From an uncultured delta proteobacterium (GTDB lineage Bacteria; Myxococcota; Myxococcia; Myxococcales; Myxococcaceae), in assembly GCA_963771175.1 (NCBI GenBank), contig CAVYSY010000035.1, forward strand, positions 1-64,000: 64,000 nucleotides of DNA. Reading direction: 5' to 3'. Both the position numbers and the translations under genes were made by a program. A model generated the notes under the pieces. It searched no databases and was not told the origin of the DNA. It saw only the letters and a list, made by a program, of their open reading frames with translations. Each line of letters begins with the position of its first letter. Position 1 is the stretch's first letter. Positions 53,450 to 64,000 of this stretch are shown here, piece by piece.

Positions 53450-55235
53450 TCACGCTGCCTCCTCCGTTCCGGGCTGCAACTGCGAGCCGAGGATCTCGTT
53501 GTAGAGCGGGCTCGAGGCGAGGAGCTGCTCATGGTTGCCCTGCGCCACCACCTTTCCCTCGTCGAGCACGAGGATGAGGTCCGCGTCCCTCACCGTGCTG
53601 ATCCGCTGGGCGATGACGAGAGCGGTGCGGTGCGCGCCGCGCATCAGCCGATCGAGCGCGTCCTGGATGGCGGACTCGGTCTCGGCGTCCACCGCCGAGG
53701 TGCTGTCGTCGAGGATGAGCAGGCGTGGAGCCGTGAGCAGCGCCCGGGCGATGGCCATGCGCTGGCGCTGGCCACCCGACAGCCCGACGCCGCGCTCGCC
53801 GACCACCGTGTCGTAGCCCTGGGGCAGCCCGGCGATGAACTCGTCCGCCTGGGCCGCCTCGGCCGCCGCCTCGACCTGCTCCAGCGTCGCCTCCGGGCGG
53901 CCGTAGGCGATGTTCTCTCGCATCGTCCCGGAGAAGAGCAGGGCGTCCTGCAGCACCATGCCGATCTGCGAGCGAAGGCTCTAGAGCGTCACGTCGCGCA
54001 CGTCGTGCCCGTCCAGGAGCACCGCGCCACCGGTCACGTCGTAGAAGCGGGGGATGAGGTTGATGATCGTGCTCTTGCCGGAGCCGGTCGTGCCGAGGAT
54101 GGCCACGATCTGTCCCGGCTCGGCCACGAAGCTGACCCCGCGGAGGATCTCCCTGTCGCTGCCCGCGTAGCGGAAGCGCACGTCGCGAAGCTCGACCCGT
54201 CCCTGGACGGGCGGCAGCACCTGGGCGCCGGGCTTGTCGGCCACCTCCGCCTCGGCGTCGAGCACCTCGAAGACGCGCAGCGCGGACGCTCCGGCGCGGG
54301 AGATCTTCGCCGCGATGAAGCCCAGCGTCATGAGCGGCATGAGCAGGAAGCCCAGGTAGGTGTTGAAGGCGACCAGCTCGCCGAGGGTCAACTCGTGGCG
54401 GACGATGAGCAGTCCGCCGAACCCCACCACCACGAGCGTGCCGAGGTTGGCGAAGAAGTTCACGAACGGGAAGTTGGTGGAGATGGCGTCGATGATCTGG
54501 AGGTTCTGCTCCAGCAGCTCGTCGTTGATCTTCGTAGCGCGGCGGCCTCGCGTGCCTCGCCGGCGAACGCGTTCACCACGCGGATTCCGCGCAGATTCTC
54601 CTGGAGGACTGCGTTGAGGCGGCCGAGCTAGCCCTGCACCCCGCCGAACAGCGGGCCGATCTTGCGGACGAAGAGCCGGAGCAACCCGAGGATGGGGACG
54701 ATGGATGCCAGCGCCGCCAGGGCGAGCACCGGTTCATGCTGAAGAGCAGGGCCGCGCAGCCCACCAGCATCACGAAGGAGGCCGCGAGCTGGACCACGCC
54801 GGAGCCGACGAAGGTGCGCACCTGCTCGACGTCGTTGGTGAGCCGGGTCATGAGCTGGCCGGTCTGCGCCTGGTCGTGGTAGCTGAAGCTCAGCCGCTGG
54901 ATGCGCGCGAAGAGCGCGTCGCGCAGGTCGAAGGCGACGCCCTGGGAGACGCGCTCGGCCAGGTAGCCCTGGAGGAAGTTGAAGAGCCCGCGTCCCAGCG
55001 CGATGGCCACCAGTCCGCCCACGGCCGCGAGCACCGTGGCGTTGCTGCCCCGGGCGATGCCGCCGTCGATGGCCAGCCGCACCATCTGGGGCGCGGCGAG
55101 GTTGGCGGCCGATACCAGCAGGAGGGACACCAGCGCGCCCGCCGTCTCCAGCTTGTAGCGTCGCAGATATCCGAGCGCCCGCCGGACCGCCTTCCCACCG
55201 CCCGCCGGAGCCTCTGGTCTTCGTCCTGGTCCCAT
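53450..55235 (-). pseudogene. ABC exporter TMD+NBD, degenerate-site half (TM287-like); disrupted in this sequence
   Basis: TMD pieces, GTTGSGKST, LSGGQRQR, LDDSTS, AQRIS; indels near 54735 and 54535, in-frame TAG at 54628 and 53981. Confidence 0.8.
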
Positions 55236-55348
55236 TCCCGGACAGACCTATCCAAGCGCGCCCCAATCCGCAACGTCCGGACGGAGCTCGCGTTCCAGGC
55301 CCTCCGGGGCGAAGCACTCAGCCTGGGAGGGCGCGAAGAAGTCCCGGG

Positions 55349-56004
<656 letters not shown>

Positions 56005-56018
<14 letters not shown>

Positions 56019-57687
56019 CGCGGAGCTCCTGGGTGTTGTCCACCGCGGTCCGGGCGGACTGGCGCAGCAGGGCGAAATCGTAAGGGTGGTTTTCCAGCAG
56101 CCGCTCGATGAGCGATCGTCCCCGGGGGGTGGGGGCCAGGGAACCCAGGCTCTTCACCGTGGCCGCGGGCCAGGTGTCCGCCAGCGCCGTGCGCAACTTC
56201 CACGCCGTGGCCCCCTCCATTCCCTCGAAGGACTCCAGGGCTTCCTCGCACTGGACGCCGAAGGACTCGCGCAAGGCCCAGGCCCGGGGGCTGTCCAGTC
56301 CGGCCAGGGTGCCGAGGACCGCTCGGGGCGCTCGCGCGACGTGCTGCTCGCGCAGCTCCCAGGCGCGTTCGCTGTCGAGACCCTCCAATGAGCGCAGCAC
56401 GGCATCCGGTGCCGTCTCCCAGGCGCGCTGGCGCCAGACCCAGGCCAGCTCGCTGTCGAGCCCTCGGATGGCGCGGCAGGCGACGCGCGCCACCCGCTCC
56501 AGGCAGAGCGCTGCTTCTCCGCCCATGTCCGAGAGCCAGCGGGTCCGCACGCTCCACGCCTGCTCCCCCTCGAGCCCCGCGACGGAGGTGGCCACCTGCT
56601 CGGCGGCGGAGAAGTAGAGGCGCTCGCGCATCTTCCACGCCCTCTCCGAGTCGAGCCCGTCGAGCGAGTCCGCGACGGCCGCGGGCGCCCGGGTCTCCCA
56701 CCGCTCCCGGAGCTCCCACGCCTCCGGAGCCTCCGCGGCCAGGTTCTTCAACGAGCCGAGCACCTGCACCGGAGCGGCCTCCTCCAACTGCTTCCGCAGG
56801 GCCCACGCGTTCTCGTCCGTGAGCCCGGACAGCCCGTAGGCGATCAGCTCGGGGCACCGGGAGGCCAGGCGCTTCCGCCGCTCGTCGATGTCCGCACCTT
56901 CCAGGCCGGAGAGGAACCACGCGGCGAGCTGCGGCTCCTCATCCATCCAGCGATCCAGCCGCCCGAGGAACCGGCCTCGCGCCTCCGCCAGTGAGCGGAT
57001 GGGCGTGGCCGGACGCATGCGCGGGGGAGGCAACGAGGGGGCCTCGCCGCGCTTCGCCCGCAGTACCTCCTGGACCAGACGGGCCACGAGCTCGTCGAGT
57101 GTCACGTCCGCGTTCTCGATGACGCTCCAGCGGTCGGGGGACTCCGCGGCCAGGGCCCGGTAGCCCGCGCGCAGTCGCGCCTGCAGTCCCGTCCCCGTCA
57201 GTCCCTTCCGGGACGGAGTGTCCTGCGGCGGCGCCAGCAGCTTCGAGACGCGGCGGCGGGCCCGCGCGATCGCCGGGTCCACGTCGATGAGGAACACCCG
57301 ATCCGGCTGAAGCCCCCGGGCACAGGCGGCCAGCACCGGCCGTACCTCGTGCTCCGTGAGACCTCGTCCCCAGCGGGCGAGCACCTCCGCGGTGTAGAGG
57401 AAGCGGTCGGCGATGACGATCTCATGCTCCGCGAGCGCCGGGCGCGTCACCTCTTCCAGGAGCTGCGTCTCTCGCGCGGCGTAGAGCAGCAGCTCGGCCA
57501 TGGGCGTGAGCGCGAGGTTGATGGGATTCCGAGTGAAGCGCCGCAGCCCCTCGGACACGGGGGATGCCAGCTTGCCGTCCTCGCGGACGTGACGCACGCG
57601 GAGCCCCGCCCGGCGCAGCTCGCGCGCCACGCGGTTGGACAGCGTCGTCTTGCCCGAGCCGTCGATTCCTTCAAAGACAATCAGCAT
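56005..57687 (-). CDS. Thymidylate-kinase-like P-loop kinase fused to a ~28-aa helical repeat array
   Basis: MLIVFEGIDGSGKTT, RED, ELLLYAAR, ADRF, PD; repeated L.GLDSERAW.LRE. Confidence 0.85.
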
Positions 57688-58868
57688 TAGAAGCTCACCT
57701 CCATCTGCAGCAACATCGCCCGTCTCGGGACGAGGGTTTTTTCGAGGGAACGGACCTCCTCGGGGACGGACTCCTCGGTCTGGCGGACTTCCGCCTGTGC
57801 CTGGAGCCGCCAACGCCCCCTCTGTCCAAAGTTGAGTCCGCCCGCTCCTTCCCAGAGCAGGTCCTTCTGGTTCTTCAGATCCGGATCGAGCGCCGAGAGC
57901 ATCACGAAGGGCTCCACGTACAGCCCGCCCTTCTTGCCACCCCCGATGCGCCAGGCCGTCAGCGCGCGCGCCATGAGCAGCGGTCCCTCGGTGCTCACCA
58001 GGAGCTCATTGCGCCCCACGAGCACCTCGGCCCAGGTGCGCAGCTCTCCCTGCCCGATCGGCAGCGCATGCTTCGCGTCGAACCCGGCCGTCCAGTTGGA
58101 CCACGTGCCGTCCGTGCTCGAGGGTTTCGCCTGCATGGACGCGCCCAGCTCGAGCGAGTCCAACACCCCCCATGTTCCCCGGAGGGTCGGGACGAGACCG
58201 AGCCCCTTGTTCAGGTCGACCTTCTCGTCGGGGTCGGTCTGCCAGACTCCGGCCTGGAACTTCAGCGACCGCTCACAGGCCGTGCACTTCCACTCGAGCT
58301 GAGCGCCGATCTGACGGCCGGTGAGTCCCAGTGCGTCATTCAAGACATCACGGCCCAGGCCCCGGCGGACGAGCGGGAGACTCGTCGTGGACTCGAGCTC
58401 TATCAGCGAGAGGGGCACCTTGAACTGGCCCGCCCTCACGGCCAGGCCCTTGGGGAGGTTCAGCCAGACAAAGGCATCCTTCAGTCCATCCTGGACATCG
58501 AACTCCACCACGGCCCGCAGGCGCTTCTTCCAGCGGTAGGTGATCTCCAGGCGCGCGGCGGGGATGGAGAGCTTTCCGGCCAGGGCTTCCTCGCCCTTGG
58601 CGTCGATCGCCTCGCGGACGGAGAACCGGCCCCCCACCTCCACCGAGCCGAACGCGGTGGGGAGCTTGAGCGCCCCCGAGTCCTCCTCGGGAGGGGAGGG
58701 AGGTGGCTCGGGAGCCTGGGTCACTTCCGGAGCCGCTGTCGTTTCCGGGGCCTCCGGCGCGGCGGGGTCCTGGGCCACGGCGGAGGAGGACACGAGGAGC
58801 ATCGTGGCGAGGGTGAGCCACCCGGCGGATGGAGCCTTGCGGGTGGGGGAGGGATGAGGGGGGCGCAC
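57687..58868 (-). CDS. Outer-membrane porin, OprO/OprP (phosphate-selective)-like
   Basis: Signal peptide (AVA|Q), Pro-rich linker, DAFV...RAGQFKVPLS..E...GRQIG, C-terminal Phe; GTG start inferred. Confidence 0.75.
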   Translation of the reverse strand: MRPPHPSPTRKAPSAGWLTLATMLLVSSSAVAQDPAAPEAPETTAAPEVTQAPEPPPSPPEEDSGALKLPTAFGSVEVGGRFSVREAIDAKGEEALAGKLSIPAARLEITYRWKKRLRAVVEFDVQDGLKDAFVWLNLPKGLAVRAGQFKVPLSLIELESTTSLPLVRRGLGRDVLNDALGLTGRQIGAQLEWKCTACERSLKFQAGVWQTDPDEKVDLNKGLGLVPTLRGTWGVLDSLELGASMQAKPSSTDGTWSNWTAGFDAKHALPIGQGELRTWAEVLVGRNELLVSTEGPLLMARALTAWRIGGGKKGGLYVEPFVMLSALDPDLKNQKDLLWEGAGGLNFGQRGRWRLQAQAEVRQTEESVPEEVRSLEKTLVPRRAMLLQMEVSF

Positions 58869-58888
58869 GGTGTGGAATTCCTCGGGAA

Positions 58889-59659
58889 TCACTGCGTGGA
58901 GCGCATGCCGGCGAGGCGGATGCGCATGCCTTGTTCGAACTTCGAGCCGCGGGTCTCGAAGGGCTCCAGCATCCAGAGCAACCACTCCAGCCAGGAGGGG
59001 GCGCTCCCCCGCCACTTCACCTCCAGCAGCGTGGCGGGCGGGGCATGGTCGAGCAGCCGGGAGGGAGTCGCTGGCCCCGTCCCTATCCGCTCCGGAGGGA
59101 GCGCGAAGACGAGCCCCTCGTCCAGGGTGATGCGGACACTGGAGTCGGGAGTGGCGAGCGTGCTGCGCCGGTACCAGGCCGTCACCCACGGCTTCACCGG
59201 CGCGGAGGCGGCCTGCCGCAGGAGCGTGGTCACCGCGCTCTGCTCGGGCAGGGCCGCACCCGAGAGCAGCGCCTCCGCTTCGTTTGCCGAGACGGGGAGG
59301 CGGACCTTCGTGCGTCGCTCGCCGGTATTCCGCTTCAGCTCGAGGAACCGCGTTCCGGACAGCACGGGCGGGACGGCGAGGTCCGCCGTTCCCGCGTACT
59401 CCCGCAGCCGCAGGCGTTGGGTGTGTCCGGCCCGGCATGAGCCCAGGAAGTCCAGTCCCTCGGTGTCGAGGTAGGTCGTCCGCGTGAAGGCGAACGGAAG
59501 ACCGGAGTCATAGATGCGGGGCTCCGTCCAGGGCTGGAGGGTCCGCAGGACCGAGTCCAGGGACTCACGCGCGGGCTGGAACCTCCTCTCCTGGTCTTGC
59601 TCCACCGAGGGGGTCGACAAGGACATGGTGACAGGGCTCATCCGGGCCGTGGGATTCAT
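58889..59659 (-). CDS. VTC-domain (TTM/CYTH, polyphosphate polymerase-like) protein
   Basis: ERRF, TTYLDT, RLRLREY, FLELKR, TKVR, YRR, RITLD, LLEVK, SKF. Confidence 0.88.
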   Translation of the reverse strand: MNPTARMSPVTMSLSTPSVEQDQERRFQPARESLDSVLRTLQPWTEPRIYDSGLPFAFTRTTYLDTEGLDFLGSCRAGHTQRLRLREYAGTADLAVPPVLSGTRFLELKRNTGERRTKVRLPVSANEAEALLSGAALPEQSAVTTLLRQAASAPVKPWVTAWYRRSTLATPDSSVRITLDEGLVFALPPERIGTGPATPSRLLDHAPPATLLEVKWRGSAPSWLEWLLWMLEPFETRGSKFEQGMRIRLAGMRSTQ

Positions 59660-61270
59660 GGGGTGGTGCTGAAAGCTGCCTGGACCTCGCCCTGGCGCCT
59701 CGCGGCGAAGTTCAGCAGGCCGCTCGTGCCGGTGAGCGCGTCCTGGAACTCCTGGGCGCTGTTCAGGAAGGTGAAGCCCGGCTGCTCCGCGTTCTCACCC
59801 ACCACATACGGGGCGATGAGTGCGTGCTCCGCGCTCAGGCGCTCCCGCAGGCTCTCCGGGGAGAGCGGACCCTGCACCACCTCCAGGGCATACTGCGCGT
59901 AGCTGGCCCGGTAGGTGGGGTCGTCGAGCAGGTAGCGGATGAGCGGCCAGGTCGCGTCCACGGTGCTCTGCGTCAGCGACGTCGCCCGCCCCATGCCGTC
60001 ACCCATGGACCGGTCATGGTCCCAGGTAATCCAGTGCAGGCGCCCGCCATCCCCCGGGTGGGCATAGAGGTAGTAGTTGTGCGACATGGCCCCGTAGGTG
60101 TCCCAGTTCTGCAGCACCGCGTTGACCGCGAGCCACTTGAGGAAGCCAGGGACGTTCAGCTTCTCCTCGAGGCGCGCGCGCCAGGCCGCCGCGTCCGTGC
60201 GGTCCGAGTTGAGCGCGGCGATGGCCTCCTCCACGGGCGCCCAGTTGTTCTCCGCGGCCTTCGTCTCCGGCTCGAAGGAGGCCGAGTCGAAGGCCTGCCA
60301 CCGGGCCCCCGTGCCATCCGCCTCGTAGAGCGCGCCGCTGTCGTCACCGAAGTTGCGGGTCGAGCAGCGAATCCTGCGGGTCCTCGGAGAGCGTGTAGAG
60401 GCCGAAGTACTGGGAGCCCTCTCCGTGGTCCACGTACAGGGCGACGAAGGAGGTGTAGCTGGTCGGCACTCCGGCCGCGCGGAAGATGTCCGTGGCCACC
60501 TTGTTGCGGATCAGCGACTTGTCGGCCACGGAGTTGGAGAGGGACAGCTTGTCGAAGCCGTAGAAGCGCTGGTCCTCGATCTCCGGGTGATCGTCCTCGA
60601 ACTCGTCGAAGTTCAACCGCAGCGGCAGCTTGCCCACGCCGCTGCTCCACGCCTGCGCCAGCGAGGAGTTGCCCTTGAAGCGGATCCCCACGTACCACCA
60701 GGTCTTGCCCTCGAAGCGAACCGTCGAGGGCACGTACACCGGCGTGTTGGGGATGATGTCCCCGGCGCCGCCTCCACCCGGTGCGCCGCCTCCACCCGGT
60801 GCGCCGCCTCCACCCGGGCCGCCCGGGGGACGGCACAGGAGTTGCCCGTCCGGCGTGCTGCCGCAGGTGCTGGTGAAGGCAGTGCCCTGGATGGTGGCGC
60901 TGCAGGAGTCACCCGCCGCCTTGCCCTGGCAGGCCTCCACGAGCTCGGTGGGGAGCATCCCACCGCCGCCCGGGCCACCCGGCGGGACGCCACCATCGGT
61001 CGTCCCGCCGCCCGGGACTCCGCCCGTGCGCGAGCCGAACGCGCCCGCCATGGCGGTCATGTCGTCCTGCATCTTCTGCCAGTCCTCGGGCGCGATGGTC
61101 ACGTCGAGCCGCAGCACCTTCCCCTCGGGAAAGACGACGTCATAGGCGGGGGTGGCGTCCTTCCCGTGCGTCGCCTCGGTCCATCCTTCGGGGCGATCGA
61201 CGCCTCCACAGGCGGTGCTGAAGGTGAAGGCGAGTGCGGCGAGTGCTCCAAGACGCGGACTTCTTTGCAT
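59656..61270 (-). CDS. cotH: CotH kinase family lipoprotein; frameshift near 60357
   Basis: Lipobox STAC; GIRFKGNSS, DKSLIR, YFGLYTL.E, NWDTY...HNYYLY...WDHD; removing one base joins ORFs 60344..61330 and 59656..60234. Confidence 0.88.
60765..60817. repeat. 18-bp tandem repeat, three copies, encoding (PGGGGA)n inside cotH
   Basis: GCGCCGCCTCCACCCGGT at 60765, 60783 and 60801 (last copy 17/18). Confidence 0.9.
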
Positions 61271-61347
61271 GGGGGTCCTCTCATCAGGGTGGCGGTGCTC
61301 CGCCGCCAGTGCGTGCTGCCGAGTCAGCACTGGCGCTGCGAGTTGGC

Positions 61348-61390
61348 ACCCTGAGGGAGGTCCGTGACCCGTTCTTTACGCGTTTGTGAC
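61348..61390 (-). promoter_or_regulatory. Pho-box/OmpR-type direct repeats and candidate -10 upstream of cotH
   Basis: Minus strand GTCAC-N6-GTAAA-N6-GTCAC (11-bp period), 10 nt, then CAGGGT. Confidence 0.55.
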
Positions 61391-61519
61391 GAATTGTTTC
61401 GCGGCGAGTGGAGTGTCCACGAAGTCTTTGGACATAGTTGTGGGGGGACGAATCGCTCGGGTGGATGAGAAGTCCGACGGGAGTCCCTTCACCGGCCTCG
61501 CCGTGGCGTGAGCGACGAC

Positions 61520-61629
61520 CCGTGGCCTTCTACCGCAAGCACGGCTTCACGCTGGTGGACGAGAGCGTGGTGCCGGAGAGCGGGCTCCCCGTATGGGTCT
61601 TCTCACGCCCGCTCGAGAAGACTCGCTGA
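61520..61629 (+). pseudogene. 3' remnant of a GNAT acetyltransferase gene
   Basis: VAFYRKHGF...PVWVFSRP with no recognisable N-terminal part. Confidence 0.55.
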
Positions 61630-61842
61630 CGCGGATCTCCCTCTCTTTCTTCCGACTGTCCCAGGCCTGTTTGTCTTGGTCTCTGGCTCGCCCGCGCGAG
61701 ACCGGATCGTCTTGACCCATGTCTTGCTGGGCGGAGCGCAAGGCTTCCTGATCGCTCGCGCCAGGCAAGGCCTCGTCACCCCAGCAAGAGAGCGGGCCGC
61801 AACATCAAGTGAATCCTGCCGCTTCTACAGAGAAACATCGTT

Positions 61843-61922
61843 GAGCCATATGCGGGAAAACCGCACGTACGGTTTGAAAGGAGGAGGGTGGAAAGGGCCG
61901 CTGATGCGGTACCGCGCCACCC
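61843..61922 (+). mobile_element. Group II intron fragment: domain V and domain VI stem, no intron-encoded RT
   Basis: GAGCCATATGCGGGAAAACCGCACGTACGGTTT (AGC triad, AC bulge), then GAAAGGAGG and a GGGTGG...CCACCC stem. Confidence 0.85.
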
Positions 61923-62108
61923 ATCAAGGACCAGGTCGGCTTTACTCTCGCCAGGGAGAAGTGCTTCATGGACTTCGGAATGTCATTGGTATACGTGCCT
62001 CCAGCTTTTCGATGTCTTCCCTTGTCCCCATGATCCTGGCGAATGGTGGCCCTATGGGGGGGCGAATGGCAGCACCACCCAGTACGTCGTCTACGATCGG
62101 TCAAGGCA

Positions 62109-64000
62109 ATGAAGCATTCATCGCGCCCTCTCACGTCCGTTGAAGTCCTCGCTTCCCTGATGGGTGTCCCTCCTTCGGAGCTTGAACGTCAATCGGGCGT
62201 CCTGCTCGGGAGCCTGGGGATGGATTCGCTGACGGCGACGCGCGTGCGTGGCTCCTCTCGAGCCCCATGCCTTCCTATCAGGTTCTCTATGGGCTGACCG
62301 TGGCCCAGGCGGCGGCCGCGATTCCCAGACTGGAAGAAATGGCGTCTTCCTTTCTCAGAAATGAATGCGAGGCCTCCGGGGGGGATGGGGCGTTCGAGCT
62401 GACGCCCATGCAGGTGTCCTATGTGATTGGCGCCAGCCAGGACTGTCCCTGTCAGGTCTACTCCGAATTCGACATCGAGGAACTCGACGTCGCCTGTTTC
62501 GAGCAGGCCGTGCGCCGGGCCGTCGCGCGCCATCCCATGCTGCACGCGGTCATCGTCGAAGGCACCCGGCAGCGGGTCCTCCCCGAGTCCGAGCGCCGCG
62601 AGCCCGTGCGCCTCGAAGCGCTTGCGGTGGCGGACCTGGAGCAGCGGCGCCAGGAGTGCATGACGGCGTTCCGGTCCCGGCCCGACCTGCACTGGGACGT
62701 CCAGTTGAGCCGGCTGGACGCGCGCACCGTCCGCGTCCACCTCCTGCTGGACATGCTCTTCATGGACGCCACCAGCGCGATGATCCTCTGCCGCGAGGTC
62801 GCCGGGCACTACCGCGACCTCGTGCGGCGGGGCTCCACCCCCGCGCCGTCGGGCCCCGGGCTGGCGTTCCGCGACTACTGCGACCAGCTGGGGACGAAGC
62901 AGATCTCCGCCGCGTCTCTCGACTACTGGACGGCGCGCCTGGATGCGATGCCCGCCCCGCCCCAGCTTCCGCGCCGCAAGAGCGCGGGGGGGCTGGGCGT
63001 GGACTTCCAGCGGGAGTCCATCGCGCTGGGGGCCGAACGCTGGAACGCGCTCAAGGCCCACGCCAGCGCGCTGCAGGTCACCTCCAACGCCCTGCTGCTC
63101 GCCGTGTTCTCCGAGGTGCTCGGCTTCTACGCCGAGGAGCCCGACTTCTCGGTCACCGTCACCATGTCCGAGCGGCCGGTGGTGCGCGGCAACGACTTCA
63201 CCGGCACGGTCGGCGAGTTCACCAACATCCTGCTGTGCCCCATCACGGGCCGTCACGCGGGCATCGCCGAGCGCGCCACCGCCATCCACCGCGAGCTCAG
63301 CCAGGGGCTCGAGCACAGCGACCTGAGCGGGTTGGAAGTGGTGCGCATGCTGCGCAAGCGCCGCGCGGATCCGCACCTCAGTTTCCCCATCGTCTTCACC
63401 TCCTTCCTCGGCATCGTCGACTCCTGCGTGGAGTTCGCCGGCTGCCGCACGAGTCTCCACTTCCAGCAGACGCAGACGCCGCAGATCTCCCTGGACCACC
63501 AGGTCTACGAAATCGACGGCGAGCTGCGGATCAACTGGGACTACGACAGCCACATCCATGACCGCGACCTGATGCGCGACATGCTGTCCTGCTTCCAGCA
63601 CCTGCTGGAGCGCGTGGCCACCGGCGACCTGAGTACCTCGACCCTGCCGCCCGAGGTGCTGGCGCTGCGCGTGGGCATGAACCAGACCCACGTGGACCTG
63701 GACCCGCAGGCGCCGCGCCTGCTTCACGGGCTGGTGCTGCGGGCCGCGCAGGCGACGCCCGACGCCACGGCGGTCATCGACCAGGACGTCCGGCTCTCCT
63801 ACGCGGAGTTGGTGGCGCTGGCCCGCGCCGCAGCGGTCCGCTTGCAGGACGCGGGCGTCGTCCCGGGGGCCTGCGTGGCCGTCGTCATGGAGAAGGGGTG
63901 GGAGCAGGTCGTCGCCACGACCGCCATCCTGCTGACCGGCGCGTACTACCTCCCGCTAAACCCGAGCCACCCCGACGACCGGCTGCGCAGCATCATCGCC
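62109..64000 (+). CDS. NRPS 5' part: carrier domain, heterocyclization (Cy) domain, start of adenylation domain; frameshift near 62250; runs off the window
   Basis: LGMDSL; FELTPMQVSY, DMLFMDATS (DxxxxD), FPIVFTS, QTPQISLDHQV, INWD; LSYAEL, MEKGWEQVVA, GAYYLPL. Confidence 0.9.

Noticed and set aside
53981..54630. Stop-codon readthrough or pyrrolysine recoding at two in-frame TAGs
   Set aside because: The same gene has indels, TAG is a normal stop elsewhere in the window, and no pyl genes are present
60344..60360. Programmed ribosomal frameshift in cotH (and other split genes)
   Set aside because: No slippery heptamer; similar indels occur in unrelated genes
61630..61842. Reverse transcriptase/maturase or retron upstream of the intron fragment
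   Set aside because: No YADD or other RT motif and no room for such an ORF

Overview
GC-rich bacterial DNA (about 70% GC by eye). The gene repertoire is typical of Myxococcota: a giant TPR protein, a eukaryotic-like Ser/Thr kinase, ELWxxDGT and beta-propeller lipoproteins, and an NRPS. Recognisable genes include hppA, mltG, yebC, ppk1, trpB2, mscL and opgG/opgH, mixed with accessory genes. No rRNA, tRNA, CRISPR array or transposase was seen. Many genes carry single-base indels, most likely sequencing or assembly errors. Highlights: (1) a tightly coupled minus-strand operon (61270 to 55349, possibly to 51634) encoding a CotH kinase lipoprotein, a VTC/TTM polyphosphate-polymerase domain protein, an OprO/P-like porin, a thymidylate-kinase-like protein fused to a ~28-aa helical repeat array, a DUF4956-like membrane protein and a heterodimeric ABC exporter, preceded by a Pho-box-like 11-bp-period repeat. 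This is a candidate polyphosphate synthesis/export and extracytoplasmic phosphorylation system. (2) A three-domain arthropod-type hemocyanin/prophenoloxidase homologue with the CuB site intact but two CuA histidines lost. (3) A protein with 4/8-residue periodic helical repeats behind a direct-repeat array. (4) An orphan group II intron domain V/VI just before a PCP-Cy-A NRPS. All calls come from reading motifs by eye; no database search was run.
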